Shown: positions 37,849 through 47,174 of the stretch, one piece after another | Position numbering within the stretch: position 1 is the stretch's first letter | Layout: each line of letters opens with the position of its first letter | Virus record (IMG/VR): IMGVR_UViG_3300023174_000047 | Coordinates: 32,001 to 96,000 of that record | Reading direction: 5' to 3' (one strand) | Origin: a virus | Taxonomy: Duplodnaviria > Caudoviricetes | Length of the DNA stretch: 64,000 nucleotides | The notes under the pieces: generated by a model | Told to the model about the DNA's origin: nothing | The model's database searches: none | What the model saw: only the letters and a program-made list of their open reading frames with translations | Position numbers and translations under genes: made by a program

Positions 37849-38697
37849 ATGGCAACTGACCCTATTGGAATTAATATCAAGCAACTACCGCAAATAAATT
37901 TTGCGCAGAGTGGTGATTTTTTTATCATTGAGACACCTGATGGTACCGGAATCATTGACTTTAACGACATCGTCATTGATCTCGATCAAACAAATTTTAG
38001 ACCCACAATTGAAGCACTTGTCACATCAACTATTGGGCTGTGTGCGCAATATACAGCATTGAGTAGCAATGTTTATAATGAATTGGCTCAGATTCTAAAA
38101 ACTTCTGTTGCTGTATTCAAAAACATCTCCCCACTCTCGGGCGGTCAGTATTTTTCCGGTGCAGGCATTGATTTGCCTCTCAATTTTATTGAAGTTAATC
38201 AGCTTTCATTGCAGCAATCAGCAACTGATTTGAATAACATCAACATATGTACTGATTTGACTCTATCAACAGCAGCAAGCGCATTGCTGTTGCCTGCAGG
38301 TGTATACAAGACATCCATTGATGCCAGCATCACATCAGCAACATCTGGTACAACATGGATGCAAATTTATCTATATCAAAATTCTCCCCCTGCGCGAGTT
38401 TTGTTGCTCGGATCTCCATTTATATCAACCGGTGAAAATCAGCAAAAGAATCTCAACATCGACGGATACTTCACTCTTTGTAAAGATGCAGAAGTTGCAA
38501 TCAAAGCAACAACATATGGTAAATTTAAGATAGGTAGTACTCAGTTTAAAACTCTTTATAGCACTGCTTCTGCATCTCCACTGAGTGCCAGCTTGTTTAA
38601 GATGCTACAGACAAGTGCATGCAACATCAGCATGTATCTTGAAAAGATTGCTGATGTTGCAGCCCCAGCTATTAATATACAGTCTACGGTACTATAA
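37849..38697 (+). CDS. Putative virion structural protein (tail fibre/decoration-like)
   Basis: Late promoter CATAAATA at 37834-37841; N-terminal IKQLP...DFFIIETPDGT fibre-attachment-like pattern; beta-rich C-terminus. Confidence 0.5.
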   Translation: MATDPIGINIKQLPQINFAQSGDFFIIETPDGTGIIDFNDIVIDLDQTNFRPTIEALVTSTIGLCAQYTALSSNVYNELAQILKTSVAVFKNISPLSGGQYFSGAGIDLPLNFIEVNQLSLQQSATDLNNINICTDLTLSTAASALLLPAGVYKTSIDASITSATSGTTWMQIYLYQNSPPARVLLLGSPFISTGENQQKNLNIDGYFTLCKDAEVAIKATTYGKFKIGSTQFKTLYSTASASPLSASLFKMLQTSACNISMYLEKIADVAAPAINIQSTVL

Positions 38698-39418
38698 TTC
38701 CTGTATCTTTGAGCAATTGCTGCTTTTGCTGTTTAATTAAATCTTCAACAGCATGCTGTGCATCTTCTGGTTTAGTTGCATTTTGCAGTTCTTCAACCCA
38801 TGAGTCATCTGGTACAACCATGCTACCATTTTCATGTATATAGTTTGCGATTTCTTTGATTCGCATAAATCTATTAGAAGAATGAATAGGAATTATTGCA
38901 GGCCTATCCTCGTTGTCAAACAGGAAAAACTTATCATTGCATATGTATTGATTATAAATTACTTCAAAGAGATTATCAATCTCCTTGATATAAACACTGT
39001 CTGTTTCTCTCATATTATCTTGTGCAATTGTAATGCGCTCAGTATAAGGAATCCAAAAAATAATGTCTAGATTCTTTAGAGATTCTCTTACCCTTTTAGC
39101 ACATTTTTCAATAAAAGCGTCATCAATATCTGATGACGCTTTTTCATTCGCCCAGAGAGAATATATAACGTTATCCAGTGGGCATCTATCATATGCAATG
39201 TGATCATCTGCGGTTTTACCCTGCATACTATCAACCATAAAATCAAGAATTGCTTCCTGACCTTGCTTGTTTACATTCTTGCTATGTGTAATACTACTTT
39301 CAGCAATGATGTCTCTATATGTTTTTGACGGTGTAGAATACATGGGCCATACTGTCAAAAAATCTTTGATTAGTGTGGTTTTTCCGGTATTCGCAGTACC
39401 GCTAAATGCAATTCTCAT
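38684..39418 (-). CDS. P-loop kinase-like protein (AAA_28), paralog of 9670-10227
   Basis: IAFSGTANTGKTT, YDRCPLD, DIIFW and QDNMRE. Confidence 0.8.
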   Translation of the reverse strand: MRIAFSGTANTGKTTLIKDFLTVWPMYSTPSKTYRDIIAESSITHSKNVNKQGQEAILDFMVDSMQGKTADDHIAYDRCPLDNVIYSLWANEKASSDIDDAFIEKCAKRVRESLKNLDIIFWIPYTERITIAQDNMRETDSVYIKEIDNLFEVIYNQYICNDKFFLFDNEDRPAIIPIHSSNRFMRIKEIANYIHENGSMVVPDDSWVEELQNATKPEDAQHAVEDLIKQQKQQLLKDTGIIVP

Positions 39419-39642
39419 TTATTGATAAGCTGCTTAAGATTTTCGCTGGTCTTTGCGTAGATCTGATCAGTTAGTGTTTTCATGCTTTTGTTAGCAGCTT
39501 CTGCGCCCTTATTTTTTACAATTTGAGCAAGCTCCTCTACGTTGAATCTAATGACTGATTGAAGCTTTTCGCCTTGATATTCAACTGTTGTGTTTATTTC
39601 AACTACGGAATGTGGGACTGTACTGGGTTGTTCTTTTGCCAT
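39415..39642 (-). CDS. Hypothetical protein
   Basis: 75 aa co-oriented ORF. Confidence 0.55.
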   Translation of the reverse strand: MAKEQPSTVPHSVVEINTTVEYQGEKLQSVIRFNVEELAQIVKNKGAEAANKSMKTLTDQIYAKTSENLKQLINK

Positions 39643-39646
39643 AATT

Positions 39647-40153
39647 TCATTTATTTTCCTCTTCCTCTAAATCAACATCTTGTTGTTGTTTTTTCTTTGT
39701 TATTTTCTGTTTTTGTGCAGGCAGTACAATTAATTGTTTGTTGATTGCTTCAGTGAGATCTCTTTCAGTTTCTTTTGTGATATACATTTTATGTAGTGCT
39801 TCATTGGGTGTGACCCATTTGTAAGATCTGTGCTCACTGCTTAGTTTAACATTATTTGTACTGGTTTTGCACAAAAATAATTCAAAATTATGCAATCTAT
39901 ATACACTTGTGAATGATGTAGTTAATAGTTGTGTCTCCTCTTTCACTTCCCTTCTCGCACCTTCTTGTGGCGTCTCACCACGTTTAATGTGTCCGCCGGG
40001 CAAATGCCACTTTTGTTTGTTCATCGGCAGCAAAAGCAACAGCTTATCATTATAAACAATTATTACTTTGCTTACATGCTTTGTATCTTCATTATTCATA
40101 TGTTCGTCGGAAAAACATTGATCGGGTATTCCCTCGCTCGTTATACAGAGCAT
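39647..40153 (-). CDS. Nudix hydrolase
   Basis: Nudix box LPGGHIKRGETPQEGARREVKEET; start at 40153 or 40099. Confidence 0.92.
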   Translation of the reverse strand: MLCITSEGIPDQCFSDEHMNNEDTKHVSKVIIVYNDKLLLLLPMNKQKWHLPGGHIKRGETPQEGARREVKEETQLLTTSFTSVYRLHNFELFLCKTSTNNVKLSSEHRSYKWVTPNEALHKMYITKETERDLTEAINKQLIVLPAQKQKITKKKQQQDVDLEEEENK

Positions 40154-41013
40154 GTTTTATCCCATGCACTCACGTGCAGGCGAGACAGTCCGGTAAATCC
40201 ATATTTCTTTGCCATTTCTAGCACGAAAGCAGTGCGTTCATGAAAATTCTCCCGACTATCCATTCCAGGCATGCACACAACTTGAGTCATGGGGATGTTA
40301 AACGGTACAAGATAATCAGTAATAATTTCTTTAATGTCTTCTTCTGTTGAAATTACAAACTTGAATCGTGAATTCCAGTGGTTTTTAATGCGCTCTATGG
40401 CTTCAGGTACAATGCGATCTTCTTTATCAAGGCCAGAGTTACTTAACTTCGCACTGCAGTTGATTTGATGAAGTTCATCATACAGCATATCATCAATGTA
40501 TTGTGTGCCATTGGTCTCAATCTCATTATATACACCATAATCAATGGCAGAGTCTTCTGCTTGATAAACATCAGCAAGATGATAAATAAAATTTGCAATG
40601 CATTCCTGATGCTTAGGCAAGGTTGGTTCACCGCCGGTCCAGATCAGATGAGTCTGGCCACTCAAAATCCAATCTAACATTGTAGAGCCGTCATAATTTT
40701 TATGTTCTCTCCAGCGATTGATGAGATATTCAAACGGCTTTTTTTCACCGAAAAGCCACACAGGTAGAGAGTCGCATGTCCAGGTTGCTTTGCCTGCTGC
40801 ATGTAAGTCTCCTTTAAAAGACCCTGGATCTGTGTTGCCTAAGCCTGCACCCTTCACTTGTTTTGCAACAGCTCGAGTTGCGCCGCATGTAAGGTTGCAG
40901 TCTTTAAGACGAATAAAATAAGAGGGGCAGCCTGTTGTGATGCCTTCTCCCTGTACAGAATAGAAATCTTCAGAAATTACCAAATGGTTGTAGTTGTTAA
41001 CAATATCACTCAT
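40141..41013 (-). CDS. queE: 7-carboxy-7-deazaguanine synthase (radical SAM)
   Basis: EDFYSVQGEG, FIRLKDCNLTC...CDS, WTGGEP, EIETNGT, CSAKL and RLHV. Confidence 0.93.
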   Translation of the reverse strand: MSDIVNNYNHLVISEDFYSVQGEGITTGCPSYFIRLKDCNLTCGATRAVAKQVKGAGLGNTDPGSFKGDLHAAGKATWTCDSLPVWLFGEKKPFEYLINRWREHKNYDGSTMLDWILSGQTHLIWTGGEPTLPKHQECIANFIYHLADVYQAEDSAIDYGVYNEIETNGTQYIDDMLYDELHQINCSAKLSNSGLDKEDRIVPEAIERIKNHWNSRFKFVISTEEDIKEIITDYLVPFNIPMTQVVCMPGMDSRENFHERTAFVLEMAKKYGFTGLSRLHVSAWDKTCSV

Positions 41014-41054
41014 ATATAAAAATAATAGCTAGAACTAATATTTCAACATAAATA

Positions 41055-41813
41055 ATGTATATGAGCAAAAAACCCCGCTTGCGCAAAGCGCTGGCAGATT
41101 TAGAGTTCGGTGATGGCGACATTGAATTACACACATCTACGACAAGCAATTCACTTGGAATTAGAAACAAATATCAGCTCAATGATGTGCATAAATCGTT
41201 TTTAGATACCTGCTTATATGAAAAAACAAAAATGGTGTTTGTAGATGGACCTGCAGGCACTGCAAAGACATTTTTAGCAGTTTATGCTGGTCTTTTGCTG
41301 CTTCAAGAAAAGAAAATAAAAAATATTATATATATCCGCAGCATTGTTGAATCAGCAACCAAGAGCATTGGAGCTCTTCCAGGCGAGTTGGATGAAAAGT
41401 TCAAGCCATGGAGTTTACCATTGCTAGACAAGTTGAATGAACTTCTCTCTCCACACACTTCAAGTGAACTAATCGATTCCGGCATCATCAAATGCATTCC
41501 TGTTAACTTCGTGAGAGGTTTGACCTTTCATGATTCACTCGTCATAATTGATGAGTTTCAAAACCTCACTTTTGAAGAAGGTGTCACTATTTTGACACGT
41601 TTTGGTCACAACTCAAAATACATTGCCATTGGAGATGCCCGTCAAGCAGACATTGGATCAAAGTCAGGATTCAAAGACTTATTTAATGCTTTTGATGATA
41701 CAGAAAGCGCAGAAAATCACATTCACACATATCGGTTTGGTGAGAACGAAATTGTGCGAAGCAAAATTCTGCGCTTCATTGTTGGTAAGATTGAGCGGAT
41801 CAAAAAGCATTAA
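41055..41813 (+). CDS. phoH: PhoH-like ATPase
   Basis: GPAGTAKT, GALPGEL, VRGLTF, IIDEFQN, LTRFG, GDARQAD and IVRS. Confidence 0.95.
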   Translation: MYMSKKPRLRKALADLEFGDGDIELHTSTTSNSLGIRNKYQLNDVHKSFLDTCLYEKTKMVFVDGPAGTAKTFLAVYAGLLLLQEKKIKNIIYIRSIVESATKSIGALPGELDEKFKPWSLPLLDKLNELLSPHTSSELIDSGIIKCIPVNFVRGLTFHDSLVIIDEFQNLTFEEGVTILTRFGHNSKYIAIGDARQADIGSKSGFKDLFNAFDDTESAENHIHTYRFGENEIVRSKILRFIVGKIERIKKH

Positions 41814-42436
41814 CCCCAAGAGGTGCCCTTGAACCAATCACTTTTACCGGTTGATACATGTGAGCCAACGTTTGCTGGTCTGCCTCCATTGCGTGTAGTT
41901 TCAGTCTGAGGCAGCGGAGTTATTTCATGAATTGTAATTACATCTGCTGCCTCTGAATATCCACCATCTTCAGGAATTTCCCTATCCTTGCAGCCAAAGC
42001 AATTACTATAAATTGCAGAATTATCTTCGTGCTCAAACACCTCAACTTGATTGACGCTGCAGCGTTCACCATATTTCTCTTTAAGAAACTGTGATGCAAT
42101 TTCGAAGCATTTCTCAGCAGCTCTTTCTACTCCAACACCTTTTTCAAAAACACGAAGCTGAATGATGCCTGCTGCATCTAATGCTCTAAATTGATCAATT
42201 GCCGGATCATCAGCAGCTACACAATATGTGTGATCAAAAATGTATTGTAGTTGTTTTTTGAGCTCTTTAAGGCTGCCAAAATCAACCGCCCAATTTTTAT
42301 CATCCAACTCTTCACATCTGAACCAAAACTTTGCTTTAAGCTGGTAGCCATGAATGAATTGGCAGTGTGAATGTTTTGCTTTCCACTGACGAAAAGCACA
42401 TGATCCCAACTCTATTACTTTAGTACTTGTAAACAT
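41810..42436 (-). CDS. queD: 6-carboxytetrahydropterin synthase
   Basis: CAFRQW, HCQFIHGY, WAVDFG, FDH, GVE and EVFEHEDNSA. Confidence 0.92.
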   Translation of the reverse strand: MFTSTKVIELGSCAFRQWKAKHSHCQFIHGYQLKAKFWFRCEELDDKNWAVDFGSLKELKKQLQYIFDHTYCVAADDPAIDQFRALDAAGIIQLRVFEKGVGVERAAEKCFEIASQFLKEKYGERCSVNQVEVFEHEDNSAIYSNCFGCKDREIPEDGGYSEAADVITIHEITPLPQTETTRNGGRPANVGSHVSTGKSDWFKGTSWG

Positions 42437-42465
42437 ATCACAATATACTACTAAAATTTATAAAA

Positions 42466-43359
42466 TCAAGATTGCTGGGCCGAAAAGTTTATAACAAAAT
42501 CGTTTGAATTAGGAACTCTTGCAAGAAGACCGTATCCTTGAACTAGTGAGTTGTCTTTTATATTCATACATGTAAAAAGAGCATTTTCGTTTAAAAATTC
42601 TGGCTTTGATGTGATATCTGTAAATTTAATGCCTGCTTTTTGCGGTGGCTGATTAGTAGGTGGTATGGGTGGTGGATTAGTAGGTGGTATGGGTGGTGGA
42701 TTAGTAGGTGGTATGGGTGGTGGATTAGTAGGTGGTATGGGTGGTGGATTAGTATTTTCAAAAAGATATGTATAAAAATTAGCTATATCTCTAAAGCTTT
42801 TATTCTCAAGTACATTTCTAGTTTTATTTAGAAGCTGTATTTTTAATATATAAAAGGTCTTATTACTCGACCCGGTAAAGGAAGCTGTACCTTTGCTGTC
42901 TACAACTCTAAAGGATTTACCCAACATATCTTGCGAAATCATTGTTATTCTGTCTTTGCTTGTTGTTGGTGTTTTTTGCGTTGAATTATTTGTATCTGAA
43001 CCAGGCACCGCTGATGTTCCTGTAACTTGAGGTCCAAATACTGCCCTCGCAGCTGTACCTGCTACGCCGCGTGTAATGCTGCCTAATGCACCCAATGCAC
43101 CAACTGGCTTCTGGCCTGCAGCACCTTGTAGGTAATTAGCTACCATATTTTCAATTACAACTGCTTTTTTAGGAATATTTAGAGTACTATTGTTATAAAA
43201 AAATTTGATTTCATTTTCTGTTTCTGCAAGAATATATCCAACATATCCATCATATTGACCATAATCTTCAGCATATTTGTTAAGTGGATCAACTTTGAGT
43301 CGCACTTTTTGGAGATTTTTTTCAAGCACTGCATTATATTGTTCAAAAAATTTTGACAT
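42466..43359 (-). CDS. Hypothetical late protein with Pro-rich repeat
   Basis: N-terminal VRLKVDP...YVGYILAE; (TNPPPIPP)x4; TAAATA upstream. Confidence 0.7.
   Translation of the reverse strand: MSKFFEQYNAVLEKNLQKVRLKVDPLNKYAEDYGQYDGYVGYILAETENEIKFFYNNSTLNIPKKAVVIENMVANYLQGAAGQKPVGALGALGSITRGVAGTAARAVFGPQVTGTSAVPGSDTNNSTQKTPTTSKDRITMISQDMLGKSFRVVDSKGTASFTGSSNKTFYILKIQLLNKTRNVLENKSFRDIANFYTYLFENTNPPPIPPTNPPPIPPTNPPPIPPTNPPPIPPTNQPPQKAGIKFTDITSKPEFLNENALFTCMNIKDNSLVQGYGLLARVPNSNDFVINFSAQQS
42651..42754. repeat. 24-bp tandem repeat, 4 full copies plus a partial
   Basis: Unit gattagtaggtggtatgggtggtg, in frame, encoding TNPPPIPP on the minus strand. Confidence 0.95.
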
Positions 43360-43404
43360 GCAGTTATTTAGTAGACTTTTATGGTTTTTACACTATATTA
43401 AAAA

Positions 43405-44046
43405 ATGGAATTGCTCAAATACGCCAACGGTAACCTACCGCAATCAGAAGAAGAACGTCAAAAAATGATTGATGAAGCATCAAAACATTATGCAGAGTTT
43501 ATGACTGCATTGAAGTTTGACTTCAAACAAGATCCTAATAGTGCAGATACACCTCGTCGTGTTGCTAAAGCCTGGGTAAATGATCTTATTGCAGGATGTT
43601 ATTCATCGCCGCCAAATATTACATCGTTTGATAATATTGATGGATATGATGGAATGGTGTGCCAGAATAATATAAAAGTTGTATCCATGTGTTCTCATCA
43701 TCATTTGCAGTTCACTGGGCGTGCACATGTAGCATATATTCCATCAAAAGAAGGTAAAGTCATAGGTCTCAGCAAGCTCAATCGCATTGTTGACTGGTTT
43801 GCTCGTCGGCCACAGGTACAAGAAGCATTAACATCTCAAATTTTTGATTATGTTGATAAGGTTTGCGTAAAAAACAAAGGTGTAGCAGTGATGATTGAAT
43901 GCAATCATACATGTTGCAGCAACCGCGGAATTAAGCATGACTCAACAATGAGAACAGCTCGTGTAAGTGGTGCATTTCATGATGAAAGCGGTGCAAGTAG
44001 AGCTGAATTTTATAAATTCATTGAATTTGCGCAGACTCGTTATTAA
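43405..44046 (+). CDS. folE: GTP cyclohydrolase I
   Basis: DTPRRVAK, SMCSHHH, VIGLSKLNRIV, RRPQVQE and HTCCSNRG. Confidence 0.97.
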   Translation: MELLKYANGNLPQSEEERQKMIDEASKHYAEFMTALKFDFKQDPNSADTPRRVAKAWVNDLIAGCYSSPPNITSFDNIDGYDGMVCQNNIKVVSMCSHHHLQFTGRAHVAYIPSKEGKVIGLSKLNRIVDWFARRPQVQEALTSQIFDYVDKVCVKNKGVAVMIECNHTCCSNRGIKHDSTMRTARVSGAFHDESGASRAEFYKFIEFAQTRY

Positions 44047-44060
44047 GCAAGTTAAATTTA

Positions 44061-44462
44061 CTATGTAAGTGCAGGATCCACTACACTATTCATTTGAGCA
44101 ATAAAGTTCTTGCTCAGAAGTACAGGCTCAGTCATGCCGGTGCGATCAGAAATAGTAAAAGGCTGATTTTTGTAAGTCATCCCGCCAACCGTCACGTCGA
44201 GTTTAATCACGTGACGGTTTTCTTGTAATTGTGGACCCTTGTTAATCGTCATTGTGCCACAGGAATTTGCTCTGTGCTGCTTGTTGTTGCATACAAATGT
44301 CACTATACTCCCATCATCTTTGATGTTGGTTGCATGTAAAACGTTATGACCGTCATTGCCTGTATCAGCTTTAGCTTCAAAATTACCAATGCCGTGAACT
44401 GTAACTCTAATTGTAGGTGGAATTGCTTTCTTTTCGTAAAAAAACTGTATGAACGTCTGCAC
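44061..44462 (-). CDS. Retropepsin-like protease (RimK-associated type)
   Basis: AKADTGN, RHVIKLDV, FTISDRTGM and VLLS. Confidence 0.8.
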   Translation of the reverse strand: MQTFIQFFYEKKAIPPTIRVTVHGIGNFEAKADTGNDGHNVLHATNIKDDGSIVTFVCNNKQHRANSCGTMTINKGPQLQENRHVIKLDVTVGGMTYKNQPFTISDRTGMTEPVLLSKNFIAQMNSVVDPALT

Positions 44463-44470
44463 TTGTTTAT

Positions 44471-45520
44471 TTATTTTGCAAATTTGATTTTGTACCCACC
44501 TGAATCATAACACGGCGAGAAAGTTACATTGCACATGCGCAGAATTTTGCAAAGATTTAAACAATTTTGCATATCATACTTGATGCTAGCTGACTCTAAA
44601 ACAAAAGCAGTGCCAAATGGCACTGTCTTTTTGCCAGGATGTTTAAAGAGAACAAACCAGTCATCATGTTTGTGGGTGATGTATTCTAACAATTGTATAG
44701 CGCCTAGAACAAACATCGCATCTTCTTTGCATTTAATTAAATTATCGGCATATGCTGCACGTGCTAAATGAGATATACTGCATGGTAGCATAGAGAAGTC
44801 ATAATTTAACCGAACAATTGAAGCATTATTATCAAATGTAAATTCAGTTTGCAATTCATTTGTTTCAATTCCTTCTTTTGCAAACTGATTAATAAACTTA
44901 TCAATTTTTACTTTGTTACTTATCCACTTGCTTGTCTCACCAATTCGCCCGCCTTCGCCTTTTATTTCAATCAAGTTGTTGCACACAACTATGTCACCTT
45001 TGCAAGCTTTGTATCCTCCTGTTAGCAGCAGCAATGGCAATTCTGATGGACCTGAATAGCCGCGTGTTTTTCCTTCATCTGAAATGGGTCTCATTTTTGT
45101 CCACACCTCTGCTGTATATTCACTGGCAGTAAAATCAGCTTTATAGAAGTTGTTTAAAAATTCAACAACGTTGCATTTTTTAAATGCATTTTGCTTTAAA
45201 AATTCTAAAAATAATGGTGCAGCTTCATCTTTTGTGATGGTTTCTAACATTTGCATTACACATTCTTTGGCAACATCACAAAAATAACCAAATAGTTTGT
45301 TTAGCTCTGTAAGTCTATCAATTACCCTACCGGTCAATGCAACATTGCTGCTACGTTTGTGTAAATTTTCATTAATTATTTTAAAGCATTTGCCAATTTG
45401 CTTGTGATTTTGCTGCAAATTTATGTAATGAATAATTACTTCACTCCATAGACAGTCATCAATCTGAAAATCTTGCACTACATCACCACCACATTCACTT
45501 GTTACAGCTAGTTTTAGCAT
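44471..45520 (-). CDS. Putative PD-(D/E)xK nuclease
   Basis: GPSELPLLLL...KGDIVV...LIEIKGEGGR resembles an E...GD...ExK active site. Confidence 0.5.
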   Translation of the reverse strand: MLKLAVTSECGGDVVQDFQIDDCLWSEVIIHYINLQQNHKQIGKCFKIINENLHKRSSNVALTGRVIDRLTELNKLFGYFCDVAKECVMQMLETITKDEAAPLFLEFLKQNAFKKCNVVEFLNNFYKADFTASEYTAEVWTKMRPISDEGKTRGYSGPSELPLLLLTGGYKACKGDIVVCNNLIEIKGEGGRIGETSKWISNKVKIDKFINQFAKEGIETNELQTEFTFDNNASIVRLNYDFSMLPCSISHLARAAYADNLIKCKEDAMFVLGAIQLLEYITHKHDDWFVLFKHPGKKTVPFGTAFVLESASIKYDMQNCLNLCKILRMCNVTFSPCYDSGGYKIKFAK

Positions 45521-45523
45521 GCA

Positions 45524-45928
45524 TTAAGCAGATGTAGACATATTCTTGATAATAGCACTAACGTTTTGCTCAACTTGAGCTGGCTCAGCTGTAGTTAGTT
45601 GCTGAATAGCAATTTGAATTTGCTTTTCAATGTCTTTTGGTATGCTTGATTTGACTGCTTGCAACCTTTCACTATCACCGCTTTCAACTGCGCCTGCTGT
45701 TTGACCAATAATGCGTAGTAAATTAATAACAATGGTACGGAATATATCATACCCACCCTGAATCTGTTCAACGGTTTTACCATTCTGTGGTGGTGCAGCA
45801 GCTGCGGGCTGTTGGGGCATTGCTGCATCAGGCTGCTGGCCTTGTTGCAGCACTTCACCACCTTCATCCTGTTCTGTGAGGTATGTAATGCGGGCTTCTC
45901 TAATTACTCTATCAAAAATGCTATCCAT
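45524..45928 (-). CDS. Hypothetical late protein
   Basis: 134 aa; TAAATA upstream; Gln/Pro/Ala linker. Confidence 0.65.
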   Translation of the reverse strand: MDSIFDRVIREARITYLTEQDEGGEVLQQGQQPDAAMPQQPAAAAPPQNGKTVEQIQGGYDIFRTIVINLLRIIGQTAGAVESGDSERLQAVKSSIPKDIEKQIQIAIQQLTTAEPAQVEQNVSAIIKNMSTSA

Positions 45929-45929
45929 T

Positions 45930-46448
45930 TTAAGTATTTAGTAACATGCATCTTGTTTTCAAACAATTGAAGTAATTATCGTTGAGAAAATACAATTGAT
46001 ATTTATTAATGAACTTTTTTGATTTTTCAAATTTATAGTTTTGCTTGTCATCATTACTAATTTGCATCAAAAAAGACATTCCATGATGATTGGTTATTAA
46101 CTCTTGATAGTATGTGATGGGTTTGCTGCTGCAATACCATGTAAGAGGCAACTTCTTTGTAGTTTCTTTAATGAGCTTGTGTATGAACACTTTAATTTTA
46201 CCATCTTCATCACCTTGCACCTGCATACACTTGTCACTGTAATAGAAGACTACTTTGCCATGTGTTATACCCATCACAACATCACAACAGTGTTTGATTA
46301 TGCAATGGGTGAGAACACGCTTAGCATTGGTGTCAAACTTGTCAATGTGATATTCATATGTTATTTTGCTGTATTCCACTAAAGCATGTTGCAGTAGTGT
46401 GCAAAAATCGCATAATGTTACATTGAACAGTGGATACTCATGAATCAT
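45930..46448 (-). CDS. Hypothetical protein
   Basis: 172 aa ORF overlapping the upstream stop. Confidence 0.6.
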   Translation of the reverse strand: MIHEYPLFNVTLCDFCTLLQHALVEYSKITYEYHIDKFDTNAKRVLTHCIIKHCCDVVMGITHGKVVFYYSDKCMQVQGDEDGKIKVFIHKLIKETTKKLPLTWYCSSKPITYYQELITNHHGMSFLMQISNDDKQNYKFEKSKKFINKYQLYFLNDNYFNCLKTRCMLLNT

Positions 46449-46861
46449 CTATACTCTTTTAATTTACCGAGCCTGCAGTTGATAATCCCGTTATAATATT
46501 CTTTTTTTAACAATACTTGTCTGTTAATTTGTTCTTCAATTTCAAAGTACCCAAGCTCCCATTTGCTATTGCAGAACTTAATAATTACAAATGAAAAATT
46601 ATCTTTGCCGTGTGTTGTAATATCAGCATTTAAATCATTACAGCTTCCTGTATATGTCTTCCAGTCTGACTGCTTTGTTACAATTTCTCTCTTTTTTTTA
46701 TTTTTTCTGAGTGGCTTTTTGCGTTTAATTATACACTGTTTTTTTCCAATGTATTGTCTTTTCGATATATTATTAGTTATACAATAGATAAATCCGTAAA
46801 AATCAGCAGGAATCTGTATATTACATACCCAATGTCCTAGATCCTCACTCTCTTCTATCAT
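46445..46861 (-). CDS. GIY-YIG-family nuclease-like protein
   Basis: YGFIYCITN..SKRQYIGKK, WKTYTGS, E and YYN. Confidence 0.85.
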   Translation of the reverse strand: MIEESEDLGHWVCNIQIPADFYGFIYCITNNISKRQYIGKKQCIIKRKKPLRKNKKKREIVTKQSDWKTYTGSCNDLNADITTHGKDNFSFVIIKFCNSKWELGYFEIEEQINRQVLLKKEYYNGIINCRLGKLKEYR

Positions 46862-46900
46862 CTATGCAATTAGTTAGTCGTTAGCATAAAATAATGCAAC

Positions 46901-47146
46901 TCACTTCTTTTTGCTTTTAGCACTTTTAGTTATTTTACCTGTTAAAAACACCGTTTCTGGTGCAGTTCGTCGATTAATTTTTTTCTTTGCACCTAAAATT
47001 TTTGGCATGCGTGCATCATTTGGCTGCGGATGATCAGCATTTGACATACCCATGTTATCATAATACTGTGAGTCAGCACCAAAGGCACCAGACGTCATAT
47101 CTTCTGCTAAAATGCGGTCAAAGACTTGTTTAAATATAGTTGACAT
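46901..47146 (-). CDS. Hypothetical late protein
   Basis: 81 aa; MSTIFKQVFDRILAE N-terminus and basic tail. Confidence 0.65.
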   Translation of the reverse strand: MSTIFKQVFDRILAEDMTSGAFGADSQYYDNMGMSNADHPQPNDARMPKILGAKKKINRRTAPETVFLTGKITKSAKSKKK

Positions 47147-47174
47147 TTGTAAGTAATATTATATATTTACTCCA

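Noticed and set aside
42651-42754. Regular repeats as a possible CRISPR array
   Set aside because: The units are contiguous with no spacers, are a multiple of 3 and lie in frame in a CDS; no cas genes are present. The same applies to 61999-62052.
46445-46861. Short GIY-YIG gene as a recent mobile homing endonuclease
   Set aside because: It has only the catalytic domain, no DNA-binding tail and no interrupted target; it resembles a conserved core gene of T4-like phages.
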